DNA of 64,000 nt. It comes from Octopus bimaculoides. Taxonomy: Eukaryota. The DNA lies in assembly GCF_001194135.2 (NCBI RefSeq), contig NC_068991.1, positions 26,461,109-26,525,108 on the forward strand, given 5' to 3'. The notes under the pieces were generated by a model. The model was not told the DNA's origin and searched no databases. It worked only from the letters and a program-made list of their open reading frames with translations. Positions 36,985-50,869 of the stretch are shown here, one piece after another. Within the stretch, counting starts at the first letter, position 1; every line of letters starts with the position of its first letter. The position numbers and the translations under genes are program-made.

Positions 36985-37781
36985 CTTATGCAAGTATCTA
37001 CAGACAACTACCAACGAGTATTGGTATCGAAATAAGGTAAACAGAGTTTAAAAAGCGAGGTACCCTATGACAAATCACCTTGAAAACGCAGCAGTTTAGC
37101 AAACTGACTAATTCTGCTATTAATGGATCCTTCAAACATGATACAAGAATCGCAAATATATTTTGGAATATACTGAAATAGGGCCCGACATTTCTGTCTA
37201 ATACATCTGGGATTTAACATAAAGTAGAACGAATGCAAACAGATAACGGAAAGTCATAGACTACGCTCTATCGTGCATAAATATCTGTTCCTTATTCATC
37301 ACTGATAATTACCAAATAACAAGACAAGGCACGTCTAAGAAGGCTATAATATCAAACTAGATCCATCTTGTAGCAATACTCCAAGCTGCGGAGAGAATAT
37401 GACAAACACAGAAAACACTCACACATATACACCCCCTCCACACACACACAAATACACACACACTCACAATCGCTGACAGCACGTTCACACAAACCCAAAA
37501 ATACCCACATACTATCATACATTTCAAATAACGTGTAACCTCCAATAAATTAAACAAAATTTTCTTGTATGCATATATGTCTATATAGACATTTATATAT
37601 ATATGCATTCAATAAACATTTCAGAGTCTACAATTAATATATGCCCTGTATTGAATTACACACATCTCTCACTCTGTCTGTCTGTCTGTCCGTCTGTCTC
37701 CCTCTATACGCGCGAACACACATTCACATACACATATACATATGTGTGTATATATGTCTGTGTATGTATACACACACACAC

Positions 37782-37824
<43 letters not shown>

Positions 37825-38441
37825 NNNNNNNNNNNNNNNNNNNNNNNNNNNNNNNNNNNNNNNNNNNNNNNNNNNNNNNNNNNNNNNNNNNNNNNNNNNN
37901 NNNNNNNNNNNNNNNNNNNNNNNNNNNNNNNNNNNNNNNNNNNNNNNNNNNNNNNNNNNNNNNNNNNNNNNNNNNNNNNNNNNNNNNNNNNNNNNNNNNN
38001 NNNNNNNNNNNNNNNNNNNNNNNNNNNNNNNNNNNNNNNNNNNNNNNNNNNNNNNNNNNNNNNNNNNNNNNNNNNNNNNNNNNNNNNNNNNNNNNNNNNN
38101 NNNNNNNNNNNNNNNNNNNNNNNNNNNNNNNNNNNNNNNNNNNNNNNNNNNNNNNNNNNNNNNNNNNNNNNNNNNNNNNNNNNNNNNNNNNNNNNNNNNN
38201 NNNNNNNNNNNNNNNNNNNNNNNNNNNNNNNNNNNNNNNNNNNNNNNNNNNNNNNNNNNNNNNNNNNNNNNNNNNNNNNNNNNNNNNNNNNNNNNNNNNN
38301 NNNNNNNNNNNNNNNNNNNNNNNNNNNNNNNNNNNNNNNNNNNNNNNNNNNNNNNNNNNNNNNNNNNNNNNNNNNNNNNNNNNNNNNNNNNNNNNNNNNN
38401 NNNNNNNNNNNNNNNNNNNNNNNNNNNNNNNNNNNNNNNNN

Positions 38442-38737
38442 NGTTTATTGAGCGAAAACACCTAAAGCTCCACGAGGCTCCGGCAGGGAATGGTGGCGAA
38501 CCCTGCTGTACTCTTTCACCACAACTTTCTCTCGCTCTTACATCCTGTTTCTGTTGTGCCTGTAATTCAAAGGGTCAGCCTTGTCACACTGTGTCACGCC
38601 GAATATCCCTGAGAACTACGTTAAGGGTACACGTGTCTATGGAGTGCTCAGCCACTTGCACGTTAATTTCACGAGCACGTGTTCCGTTGATCGGATCAAC
38701 AGGAACTCTTGACGTCGTAAGCGACGGAGTGCCAACA
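38442..38737 (+). mobile_element. SINE body and tail (head probably lost in the gap)
   Basis: 3' part CTTGCACGTTAATTTCACGAG..GTTCCGTTGATCGG aligns with 23598-23760 on the opposite strand. Confidence 0.75.
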
Positions 38738-38884
38738 AATAGTGTCATGATGTAAATGCGACAAATTTTAAAACGGCAATTTGATATTTTTGATGATTAT
38801 CTTTCATGAAGTCCAACAGCTCTAAATGATGGTTTAATGAAAGCAGCAGTGGGAAGTGACTTATCCTCAAAGGAATGGGGACAT

Positions 38885-38956
38885 AGAGGGAGGCTTAATA
38901 ATCTCTGGCCCACTATGATAAGAGGGAGGCTTGATAATGTCTCGCCTACTTTGATA
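38885..38956 (+). repeat. 36-bp tandem duplication (2 copies)
   Basis: AGAGGGAGGCTTRATAAT...TGATA at 38885 and 38921. Confidence 0.85.
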
Positions 38957-41876
38957 ATACATGGGCTCATTCATTTGGTAAAGCTAAACCAAGATGAGAA
39001 ATTTTCTAGACTGAGATTCTCTACGTCACCCACCATACTTACCAACCATAGCACCATCACATTTTCACTTATTCAGGTTACATTAACATTTTACCAGAGA
39101 AAAGGCAATCAGAAGCAGAGACGATGTTGAAATAGTAATCCAAACAAAGTTTTTACTAAAGAACCCTCATTTATTTTATTTTCATTTTTTTGCCTGACGG
39201 ACCAGAATACTGGTTCAAGGTCGGAAAAAAACTTATTTGTAAAGGTGGGGATATAGCTTAAATGTTATGACACGCGTTATGCTGATTTGAATCCATTAAA
39301 TGAAATGCAATCATTAGCATATGCAACTGGTATACGCAAGGACCTTCCTCGAAGAGAGTCTTAACTAAAAGCAAGTTAAAACAAAACAACACGATGAAAG
39401 AATATTTGCACGGTTGTACGTGGTGTATAAAATCACATGTAGCAAATGTACAATATTCTATCACATACGTTTAAAAACACTTATATGCTAATCTGTCTTC
39501 CGTTAGAAATTGCATACGATAATTCCAAACCTAAGACACCCAAGTTTCCATTAACGCTACAAGAAGAAACACTGGGAACTTGAGAATAAAAGGTGCTTTT
39601 TAAATTAGTAAATACATAGCGCGTATAGTAGATCAGAGCTGTATACAGCCGATTGGGTCACTATAGCATCGCGAAACAACCTTTCATACACACTCATATT
39701 ATAGAGCAAAGACGTTAGGAACCTTCAACCTCTCCGTAGATATCCCAAAGAAGTGGTCCTACCCCTGAAATATTGAATTACCAGGTAATAGTATTAACCA
39801 TCGACCCACATTACATTTTTTTTCTAACTTGCATTATTTTGCCTTTAAGAAAGTAAAACACACACATACGTACACAGACCCAGACACAGACAACACGCGC
39901 AGGCGCTCACACACACACAAACACACACACACATACACACACACATATACACACATACATATAAATGCAATCTTGAATATCATTGGCAGAACCAATTTGT
40001 AATATACATATGTCATACACATATATATGTGCGAGTGCGTGAGTATATGCGTGTATGCATATAGATACGCACACAAACATATATNNNNNNNNNNNNNNNN
40101 NNNNNNNNNNNNNNNNNNNNNNNNNNNNNNNNNNNNNNNNNNNNNNNNNNNNNNNNNNNNNNNNNNNNNNNNNNNNNNNNNNNNNNNNNNNNNNNNNNNN
40201 NNNNNNNNNNNNNNNNNNNNNNNNNNNNNNNNNNNNNNNNNNNNNNNNNNNNNNNNNNNNNNNNNNNNNNNNNNNNNNNNNNNNNNNNNNNNNNNNNNNN
40301 NNNNNNNNNNNNNNNNNNNNNNNNNNNNNNNNNNNNNNNNNNNNNNNNNNNNNNNNNNNNNNNNNNNNNNNNNNNNNNNNNNNNNNNNNNNNNNNNNNNN
40401 NNNNNNNNNNNNNNNNNNNNNNNNNNNNNNNNNNNNNNNNNNNNNNNNNNNNNNNNNNNNNNNNNNNNNNNNNNNNNNNNNNNNNNNNNNNNNNNNNNNN
40501 NNNNNNNNNNNNNNNNNNNNNNNNNNNNNNNNNNNNNNNNNNNNNNNNNNNNNNNNNNNNNNNNNNNNNNNNNNNNNNNNNNNNNNNNNNNNNNNNNNNN
40601 NNNNNNNNNNNNNNNNNNNNNNNNNNNNNNNNNNNNNNNNNNNNNNNNNNNNNNNNNNNNNNNNNNNNNNNNNNNNNNNNNNNNNNNNNNNNNNNNNNNN
40701 NNNNNNNNNNNNNNNNNNNNNNNNNNNNNNNNNNNNNNNNNNNNNNNNNNNNNNNNNNNNNNNNNNNNNNNNNNNNNNNNNNNNNNNNNNNNNNNNNNGT
40801 ATGCATTTATCTACATACATGTCCTTTCGTATATGTATGACTTCTGAATATGTTATGTGTGTGTGTAAATATATACATCCTATTTGTACATGCTAGACAA
40901 CGTCCGGTTTTGTCAGAAAGTCAATATAAATGCTTTTTCAATCTATGAATATAAAACATTCCGATGAATATGCTTAGATGCGTTTTTGTCTATGAATAAA
41001 CAAAAGTTATATAAATGGAATTACATACAACTAACAAATTTGTTACAGCATATGCTAGGTGCCGTATAACTTTTAACGACTTCGTTAAATGCATCTTAAT
41101 TCGTGATTATTTGCAATATTTGCCTATGTTTTGATATCCGGAATAAAAAAAAGAACATAACAGTTGACATCATTTCTGTGTTATTTATCTAACAGCCTGT
41201 CTACCACAAATGACTGGCGTCATGTTCTTGAATGCTTCAAGTAAATTATGTCAACATCATTGAGTCATGCATCGTTATTCCACCTACTATTAACGTCTAA
41301 ACAGACAAAGAAAACCATGTTTGTAGGAATTACGCATCGCAGTATATATTGTTGTTAGTCCCTCACTGAAACATCCATCGTGATATAGTTTAATCCGAAA
41401 TAAACAATGTAGAAGAGCGCGTATGCATCGTACTTGTCGACTGCGTTGATTTTATTGCATTATTTGTATTTAAAATATATGCCACATCTAAATTCGAGTT
41501 ATCTAATATCATAATGTATGTTATGGCTTAAAGAAGGATACTTAATGTCGAGGAACATGTAAAATCTTTACAGGTGTGCTGAGAGAATAGGGGAGGTTAT
41601 CCTCATATTTGGTACGGATGATTTCAAAAGAGTGACCAGCTAATGTAGTCAAAAGTTATTGTCTTAACCTGTGCGATAATTGAACATTGTGAATGCAACA
41701 CTATGGATGTTATCGACGAAATTTCACACAGTATCCCTCCACCAAGTTTAATAACAGGGCTTTGCTTGACCTGCTGCTATAGAGCAATACACTCTCCACG
41801 TTCCTGCAAAATAGCATCAAATATGAAATAACGTGTCGGTTCCCATGAATGAGGTTTATTAATATTATTATTTTAA

Positions 41877-42753
41877 CGTAGTTACTCGTCACCAATTATT
41901 GTAATAACGCTACTATTTTTGACGATACTTACTTACACTATAACCATGTAGTAAGAATAAACATGTAAGGAATCAGGGTAATAATAACGTAATAACCCAA
42001 GAAGCTATCGACGAACTATACCTGAACTAACAAACGATATTTCGACAACTATCGAAACGACACATTGGCAGTTCCTGCGATCACTGCTTACTCGCTCTGC
42101 CTCTCACTCAGACTGCTACTATTTATAATTGTTCGGTGAAGTTTATTCTCGCGGTGGGTGTCTTGACTCTCGTCACAACATCTCCCGCTTTTGTAATTTC
42201 GACTTCCGAAAGAAATGAAATTTATTTTATTATTATTTGTTTCTTTCTTTCCAACACCTCCTTTTAAAATTTTCCTTTCCTAGGAAGTGCAGTACCTTTT
42301 CTTGTTGCTGATGTAGTTGTTTCAGGAACCCCTGCTATCATTCTTGCTGCTGATTTTGTAACAGTATTATAGAAGCTAATAGTTCTTCCATCATTAACAA
42401 TTTTATATCACAAAAATTTGTCAACTGACCTGCGTGAGCTTCGAATCCTAATCGTCAATTATTGTAATGTAGTTACTCGTTGCCAATTATTGCAGAATCG
42501 CCACTGTTTACACTATAACAGTGCAGTAACAAAAAGCATATAACGAAGCAGGATAACAACAGCGTAACAATCCAATAAACTTTCGACGCATCTATACACA
42601 AATAACAGTGGATATTCCAACAACTACCAAAACGACACCTTACGACTTCCTGCGAGTAATGCCTACTCTCTGTCCCTCGCTCAGATCGCTATTATTCATA
42701 GTCGTTCGGTCAAGTCTCTTCTCGCAGGAGGTGTCATGACTCTCGCCACAATA
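41877..42753 (-). mobile_element. miniature/internally deleted LTR retrotransposon (gypsy-like, TRIM-sized)
   Basis: Two diverged ~290-300-bp direct repeats (41877-42180, 42468-42753) with TG..CA-type ends; PPT AAAAGCGGGAGA next to the 3' LTR; Gln-rich gag-like MMEELL..LQNQQQ; TTAA on both flanks. Confidence 0.75.
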
Positions 42754-43263
42754 TTAACATAACTAGTTTAATAAAGTATGGAAGCAAAGAGAAAAATCAC
42801 TTTAGTTGAAGACAAAATTTCCATAGTTTTGAATATTTCCCCATTTCATAAGCTAGTATAAAGTGAAATGAATTAACTCATTCATAAAACAATTATATTC
42901 GACTTTAAACATTTGAGTGAAACAATTACTGGTGAAGAAATGAAACAACGAGCTTTACAGACCTTCATTGATTCGATTGATTATATTCTAAAAGTTTGAC
43001 CTCTTAGTGTGTTGGTTGATGCGGTATCAGCTGCATCAGATGTCAAATGGAGAGTTTGCTGTTAAGCAATATCTTTGAGTGCACTTGGTATGAATATATA
43101 TCATAGCTGAATGTTCGGCAAAAATAAAAGATCAAAGAACAGAGATTAATATATAGACATCTAGGGAAAATGCAACATATGGAATTCTGATGGAATTTTA
43201 GATTTGAAGGAATGGTAAGATAGAGAAAAATTGAGAAAAGAAACAGTTTAGAAAAAGTTTCAG

Positions 43264-43265
<2 letters not shown>

Positions 43266-43295
<30 letters not shown>

Positions 43296-43386
43296 NNNNN
43301 NNNNNNNNNNNNNNNNNNNNNNNNNNNNNNNNNNNNNNNNNNNNNNNNNNNNNNNNNNNNNNNNNNNNNNNNNNNNNNNNNNNNNN

Positions 43387-43440
<54 letters not shown>
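43266..43440. repeat. (GA)n microsatellite with gap
   Basis: Directly visible. Confidence 0.95.
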
Positions 43441-43443
<3 letters not shown>

Positions 43444-43974
43444 AAGGAGGGAGAGTACAAAAGATGTCAGGAGGCAATAAAGTTTTCGAAGAAATTATTT
43501 ATTGACTGAATATATGTTAAGAAAAGTCAGATGTCTTCTGTTCGTTTTCGTTTTGTGTGCGAATTCCCTTTCATGCAGAAGCATCAGCTGTCAAATTATC
43601 TAATTCGATATAACAATTTCCATTTTATGAAAATACGAACATGAATATGTAAACAACGCACTTATTTTAAACGGTCACCGTTGCATTTTTAACCATGTTA
43701 TGAACAAATACGATATTGGAAATAGCAAAGATTGCAGAACAATATTGCAGTATCAGGTCTGATATGCATTAATTTTGGTTTCAATTCATACCACACCTCA
43801 ATACCGTGTGGATTACAAAGTGATTACTGGTAACTTATTTCGCTGTCAAGATAGATCCCCGGATCTGCTGTTAGTGAGTCTTCAGTACTGTATTTATTTG
43901 AATGTATTCAAAACACATCTCAAGTTTGTGCTTTACCCGTCCTTGTTACCAATCACACAAGTCCAGCATTATAT

Positions 43975-44190
43975 TGATTTCAAACTTTGGCTGAAGGCCA
44001 GTAATTTAGGTATTGGGGTAAGCCGATTACATCAAACCCAGCAGTCAACGGGTATTTATTTTATCGACCTAAAAAAGGATGAAAGTTAAAGTTGACCTCG
44101 ACGGTATTTAATCTCAGAACTTAAAGACTGACGAATTAACGCTAAGAGTTTCGCTCGGGCTGCTGACGATTCTGCCAGCTGCCGCCTCGA
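43975..44190 (-). mobile_element. tRNA-derived SINE, family A
   Basis: Reverse complement GGCGGCAGCTGGCAGAATCGTCAGCA...GAGGTCAACTTT..CATCC. Confidence 0.85.
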
Positions 44191-45194
44191 AGTTCAATAT
44201 AACCATTACTGAATAAATAAACAGATTAGATCCCCGAAGTTTATTGACATACAACCTAAGTTTATCAATATATCTAAAATGAATACCGTGGTTTTAGATT
44301 GAGTTTGTTAACGTAGAAATAAGGTTACATTTACTTATACCAGAATCTTTTCAATTTCAAGAATTTGTTAAGGCATAAATATAAACTGTTCATCCAAAAT
44401 GAGGATAATTTAACGTCTAGTGAGAACATATTTTTGTCTCTATTCAGCTTCGCAGTCTGGAATACGTAGTGTACTTGATGCACACATAAACATGTATTAC
44501 TGTGTCGGCTGTTGCAACATAAAGCATATAATTTGCCTTTGTTAGTAAACGCTACCTGAGTCATTAAAGCATTTACACTGTGTGTTATGCTCCCTGTAAA
44601 CCAGAGGTATTTGATCTAGAAATTTGAATGTGGTGGAATGAAGTTTAACGTATCAAAGAAGATTAAACACAGAAATAACTTAGTGATGTCTCAACGAGTA
44701 CCTTTCTTATATTGATTAATATTGTCGTATATACTATATATAATATATAGTGTTGGATTTAATCAAACAGTTCAATTTCTGTTTGCTTACTAATTTATTT
44801 ACGTGTATATTTATATAAATGCATAATTAGCAATTTTCTGAATCGAAAAACTAAAGCAGGCAAAAGAAGGTAAAAAAATATAATAAAAACAAAAGAAGAA
44901 ACTATTGCAATTCTTCTGAATATTTCAGTGAAGATTTATCAATTTAATTAGAAATGTTTGGCAAAGTTAAAAAAAAATAATAAAGAATAACTAGCAAAGT
45001 AAACTACAATGAAACTAAAATAAGATTCAAAAAGGAGTCTTCAAACTATAAAAGTGAAATATGAATAACAGATACAGGGCTAAATTGAATTTTCAACATT
45101 TAATAACGGGCACTAGATTTATGATAAATGCAATAATTGGACGAAAAAATTAAACTTAGAACTATTGAGAATAATGATGCAGATGATTAAATAA

Positions 45195-45213
45195 CAACAA
45201 CAACAACAACAGC

Positions 45214-45265
<52 letters not shown>

Positions 45266-45290
45266 TGATGGTGATGACGATGACTATGAT
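45195..45290. repeat. (AAC)(AAT)(GAT) compound microsatellite
   Basis: Directly visible. Confidence 0.9.
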
Positions 45291-45414
45291 GAATGAATAT
45301 GCCGACAATAATAATTGTGCCATTATTAGCATCAGACGTCCATAGATACAATAGAATGTGTTTATTAAAACCGAGTTACAAACATGCGGGTTTATGAATG
45401 GATGCGTGTGTGTG

Positions 45415-45418
45415 CATA

Positions 45419-45496
<78 letters not shown>

Positions 45497-46030
45497 NNNN
45501 NNNNNNNNNNNNNNNNNNNNNNNNNNNNNNNNNNNNNNNNNNNNNNNNNNNNNNNNNNNNNNNNNNNNNNNNNNNNNNNNNNNNNNNNNNNNNNNNNNNN
45601 NNNNNNNNNNNNNNNNNNNNNNNNNNNNNNNNNNNNNNNNNNNNNNNNNNNNNNNNNNNNNNNNNNNNNNNNNNNNNNNNNNNNNNNNNNNNNNNNNNNN
45701 NNNNNNNNNNNNNNNNNNNNNNNNNNNNNNNNNNNNNNNNNNNNNNNNNNNNNNNNNNNNNNNNNNNNNNNNNNNNNNNNNNNNNNNNNNNNNNNNNNNN
45801 NNNNNNNNNNNNNNNNNNNNNNNNNNNNNNNNNNNNNNNNNNNNNNNNNNNNNNNNNNNNNNNNNNNNNNNNNNNNNNNNNNNNNNNNNNNNNNNNNNNN
45901 NNNNNNNNNNNNNNNNNNNNNNNNNNNNNNNNNNNNNNNNNNNNNNNNNNNNNNNNNNNNNNNNNNNNNNNNNNNNNNNNNNNNNNNNNNNNNNNNNNNN
46001 NNNNNTATATATAGATAGATAGATAGATAG
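45415..46030. repeat. (TATC)n(TA)n-gap-(GATA)n
   Basis: Directly visible. Confidence 0.9.
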
Positions 46031-48145
46031 AAAAGGTTAGACAAGAAAAGAAAGAAAGTAACCTCGATATTAGGGTTAGGGTTACATAATTATAGAGATA
46101 TTGTTTTATTGAGTTATTACTCATATATTTTTTACACCTATTTTTTCTGTATTCTACCTTCCACCCTCCATTTTTCCTGTGCGTATATAGACGTGTATAT
46201 GGAACCTTTTGTGCACGCTTGTGGATGTGTGCCAGTGTGCGGGCATGTGCGTATATAGACGCGTGTGTGTGCGTGTATGCGTGTATGTGCGTATATAGAC
46301 GTGTTTTATTGTTATTGCTTTTTTACACATTTTTACACTTTTTTTCTGTATTTTGCCTTTAGCCCTGTTTTTTCTTGTGCATATGCGTATATAGATGTGT
46401 GTATGAATCTTCTTTGTGTGCGTGTGTGTGTGCGAGCGTGTATGCGGGTATGTATATATTTTTTGGCGAATGTGTGATTGAGCATGTGTATGTTTCAAGT
46501 GAGGGTGGATGAATATATGCATATAGGCGCATGTACGTGGGTGTGCAGGCGCAAATGTGTATGCATGGACTTGTGTGCTTATGCGAATACTACGGACATT
46601 TTTATTCCCTTACCTTTACTCCCTCCCCTCACTTAGCGGTCATTCTAATAGCTCTTTTGTTTCAATAACGGTCAATCACACAGTAATATCCCTTTGTTTA
46701 ACGGTCATTTTCATAGCACTTTTCGATGGCCAGATAACTGAAGAGATGCTGTCGTGGGTTTCTGCACCGATATCCGAAACTCGGTGTTTTTATAACGGCT
46801 ATAATTGTCACATATTATTTACAGATATATATATATATATATATACATATATATGGTCTGGCTTAATAAGAATGTCCTGAAATTTTGAGCTTTTTACCAA
46901 ATTCGATAGAAGAAGCGAAAGTTTTTTTTACTCCATACGGGAATCCACCAATTTTAAATCTATATTTTCCTATGGCTGTCACTGTAGTATTTAGAAATTT
47001 GAGAATTGTATACTCTCAACTTGCCGTCTAATTTGCTCATATTGCATCTTTGTTTTTCTGGTTTGGATTTCGAATTTTGTTTCGTTAAGTATCTTATATA
47101 TTTTGCATAGTATGCGACTATAACAAAGATTTTTTCCTTTAAGTTTATAACATCAAGGTAAATTTTAAAACTGATACTATTAGTTTAAGCCCTTTAAAAA
47201 TGACCAATGATCACTTACCGGTGGCAGGATAGTAGTTGTAGATTTATTGCAAAGATCCTTTTGTCTGGGATCTTGAAGTTTTGGCTACATTTTGCAGGCG
47301 ATTCTTGGCGATCTAGTCAGATTCGACTTGATTATAACTTTATTATAACTACGGCTGTTAGACATTGCTTTTTTGTTCATGGTTGTATTGTCTTCCTTTC
47401 CACTTGATTTTAACTGCACATTTAAATCATTGATATAATTGTACTTCTGAAAATAGTTTCTTTAACTTAGGAGTGCGATGGGCACGGAAATTAATTTTAG
47501 GTCTTGGTTATTACTTTCAAGAAACTATATATGAATGTATTTGTGGAGAGAGTGCTGCTGTAAAATACGCATGTAGCAAAAAACAAAACAAAAAAGTATT
47601 CCTCCAACATTTTATTATCCGCAGAATTTATGTAGTGAGTATCCTGGATTTAGATTATTATAATTTGCATCGGCTATCGGGTGATTCGATAAGTTGTGCA
47701 ATTTCTGTACAATTCATTCATTGTACTAAATATATAAATACTGCCTTTTTAAGGTTTGGCCAAATTCAACGCTCAATACGTTGTCATTTTCTAAAGATGG
47801 GTTAGATTTCAACTTGTGCATGGTTAACAGTTTTAGACAAAGCGGTGTATATCCTATTTGCAATAACATTATTTATATATTACTGCTATGATTGGAAAGA
47901 GAAATGACAATGTGTTCCATCAATAACTTCATGTGGATTCTACACAATTATACATCAGCATTTCTGTCGCTTGTCTTCGAATATATTCATTTCGTATTCA
48001 TCAATATAAATATATTTGAGTATAATGAAATAGCGATGTATTCTTCGTATTCATGACGAATAATTTTCTCTTCATTATTGTTAATTAAGCAAACAAAATT
48101 AAAAAAAAGTAAACAGTAAATGTTATTATTATCATTATTATTATT

Positions 48146-49365
48146 TGATGAAAATTCTCGACTTCTTTTGTGGGTACGATGGAAAGTGTCAGCTGTCCAC
48201 TGCCAGCTGACAAAGATTACACTTGTTTACTGGTCATGCTTCAGAGAACCCTGCTAAGAATTCTTACAGTTCCAAGAAATGATGATTTTTTTTTATAGGT
48301 GTTCTATCTTTACATTTGTACCAATCTTTTTGAGTTATGTCAGTAATTGAGAGCTGATACTTCCAAGCGCGCCACTTAATATTGGTATCGCGTGTATTCT
48401 CCTTATTCAACACAATCTGCGTATTTCCCACTTCAAATCGTTGTAGTTGTTCAGTTTTTCTTCTTCCCCTTTGATGCCGTTGACAGCGGGACATGCTATG
48501 TCGATTATCAAGCAAGTTGTGTTTTTATTCGCCACAACAATGTCCGGCATCCGATGTCTAGTAACGTGGTCACACTGAATCATTGCATCAGACAAGATTT
48601 TACAATGTTAATTCTTAGTGGCTCCTTCTGGGGTTTGCACACACCACGTCTTTACTCTTTATAGGCAGTTATAACCACAGAGATTCCAGTGGATTATTCT
48701 TGCCACATGTCGTCTTTTGTAATTGCTTTGTTCCAACTTCAGGCATTCGCTTACGATGTGCCATACCATTTCACTCCTCTCATCATACATTCTACATTTG
48801 TCGCTCTCGGTTGTGTTGTCGATTCTGCACTTCACATAAAAGCACCCTTAATACTTGATCTCGTGTTGCACATTTAAGTGATTCTGTCACTATCTACATG
48901 TCACTCCACCTCATCCATAGCCACCGGTCTTCTGTATCGATCTTGGTGCTGGTATCTCTTGCAAACTGGCTGTACTTTTTTTCTCCTTTAATGTTAATTC
49001 TGTTTTTGTGTTCTTTTCCTCTTCAAGTTTTTCTATCTTTACACAATTATAAATTTTGATGACGCCGGACTTCTTGACATATTTCAACAACGGTTCCACG
49101 CCATTTTTATATACCACATGAAGCTGTTTTCCTTTGCTTCGATACAATCCTGGAAACTGACCAATCCTCTCCAACCTTTTCTTCTGGACAAGTACAGCTT
49201 ACCGATGTCACTCTTAGGGTGGAAAGCTCCATGTGCTGTCAATATTTTTCTTGTCTTCGTATCATGTTCACCAGTTCTATCTTTTTTTTTTTTTTTTGCC
49301 ATTATACGATTCTATATCCATACCGAAGTGATACTATCGCCCATATACTAACTGCTTTTACGTAA
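48146..49365 (-). mobile_element. R4/Dong-like LINE fragment (RT C-terminus to REL and 3' UTR)
   Basis: DTKTRKILTAHGAFHPKSDIGKLYLSRRKG; MIQCDHVTRHRMPDIVV..LIIDIACP..KLNNYNDLKWEI; (AAT)n tail. Confidence 0.85.
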
Positions 49366-49489
49366 CATTTTGAATCAGTCATGAACAAAAGTCATGAAAG
49401 CAACTGCCTGATACGGCATTAGGCCGAGTAATCATCTTAAATCTTCGTTTAAACATTATAAGCTCGGCGCCAACTTCTGAAACTATTAT

Positions 49490-50690
49490 TATTTTGGTTT
49501 GGCTTAAGTTCGGTCTTATTCCTGGTAGGGATTATGTGGATAACGTGTCACGTCCTGTAATCTTAGGTATCCACAAGTTCTCAGTAGTCTTAGAAGTGTT
49601 CAGAACCTTCCTGATAATCCGCTGTCCGTAAGAGACAAACCTTCTGTGGGAGCTCTACCGATCATTCTATCTCAATCGCCTTCAGCCATGCATCTATATC
49701 TTGACTTATTGTTCCCAACGCACCAATTATTATAGGCAAAACCTTTACTGTGCTCCTGATCCAAGTTCTTCCTGCTTCAAATTTAAGGGACTGAATTTTT
49801 TCTTTTGTTTTTCTTCTTTCTTTACGAGCCTAGAATCAAGCTGGCGTGACGGGTGGATAAGTAAGCAACTTCGCTTTTCCTTATCTACAATCGTTATATC
49901 TGGTTTATTATTTTCTAATTTCTTGTCTGTTTGAATAAGAAAGTCACACAAAATCTTACATTTCTCCGTCTCCAGTACGCTTTCAACTCGATGATTCTAC
50001 AATATGCTGTGTTTCCCGCTTCAAATACTCATTTCTGGCACAATGTCCAATGTAAAATGTTTACAACATAGTCGTACTTCCATTTCTGATATACTTCCTG
50101 TGCCAATTTGGGGTATTCTTCCACAATGTGTGCCACTGTCTCGTTCCACGTTTCAGAGACTCCACATTGTTCTGACACATTCTCTTCGCATATATTTTTT
50201 CTCAAGTTGTGTGTTTTTATCGCTTGAGTTTGGGATGCTACAGTAAGGCTCTCTGTTTCTTATTTTAATTGAACCATTTTTAACCAAACCCAGGATTTTG
50301 TTCCACATACGTCTTCAGTGGCCCTACAAAATTGGCCAGGCAGAGGCTTCTCTTCGATCTATCTGACATTCTTTTTGTATTTCATTCTTGTCCTTTTCTT
50401 ATATTATGCGCTTCATCTCCTGTTATTTCTTAACTACCTTCAGTAGTTTTTTTTAGCTCCTCCGTAAATACACTACAAGTCTTTTTCTTTCCATCTGTAC
50501 ACATTCTTCCACTGCTGTTAAGTCTCTTCCGCCCTCGTCTCTCCTCAAGTACAGCCGGTTGATACCAGCTTTCGGATGGTGGGCTCCATACGTCGTCAAC
50601 AACTTCCTAGATTTTTCTGTCAAGTTATTTTATTTCCTTTCTGGTCCAGTCTATTATTCAAACTCTATATCTGATCACGGGTACTGCTCC
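49490..50690 (-). mobile_element. R4/Dong-like LINE fragment (another family)
   Basis: RKLLTTYGAHHPKAGINRLYLRRDEGGR; CDFLIQTDKKLENNKPDITIVDKEKR; TARIIRKVLNT; 3' end followed by AATAATAAT. Confidence 0.85.
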
Positions 50691-50709
50691 TGAATTTACT
50701 GCTTGTATG

Positions 50710-50822
50710 AGATTTATGGACAAAGAAAAAAGATGGCTGTGAATTACTAAAAGTAATTTAAAACCGAAACGGAGGCTCTACTTTGTGCTACCCAAGAGCA
50801 AGTGTTAAGTACCAATTAGTCC
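50710..50822 (+). mobile_element. short Dong-like fragment in opposite orientation
   Basis: MDKEKRWLWITKSNL/ETEALLCATQEQVLSTN. Confidence 0.65.
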
Positions 50823-50869
50823 TAAATGTTTCATCTTAGGCAGCTATTAACACACTTTCTATCTCCCTC

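Noticed and set aside
46070-46084. TTAGGG telomeric repeat
   Set aside because: Only 2.5 units; not distinguishable from chance.
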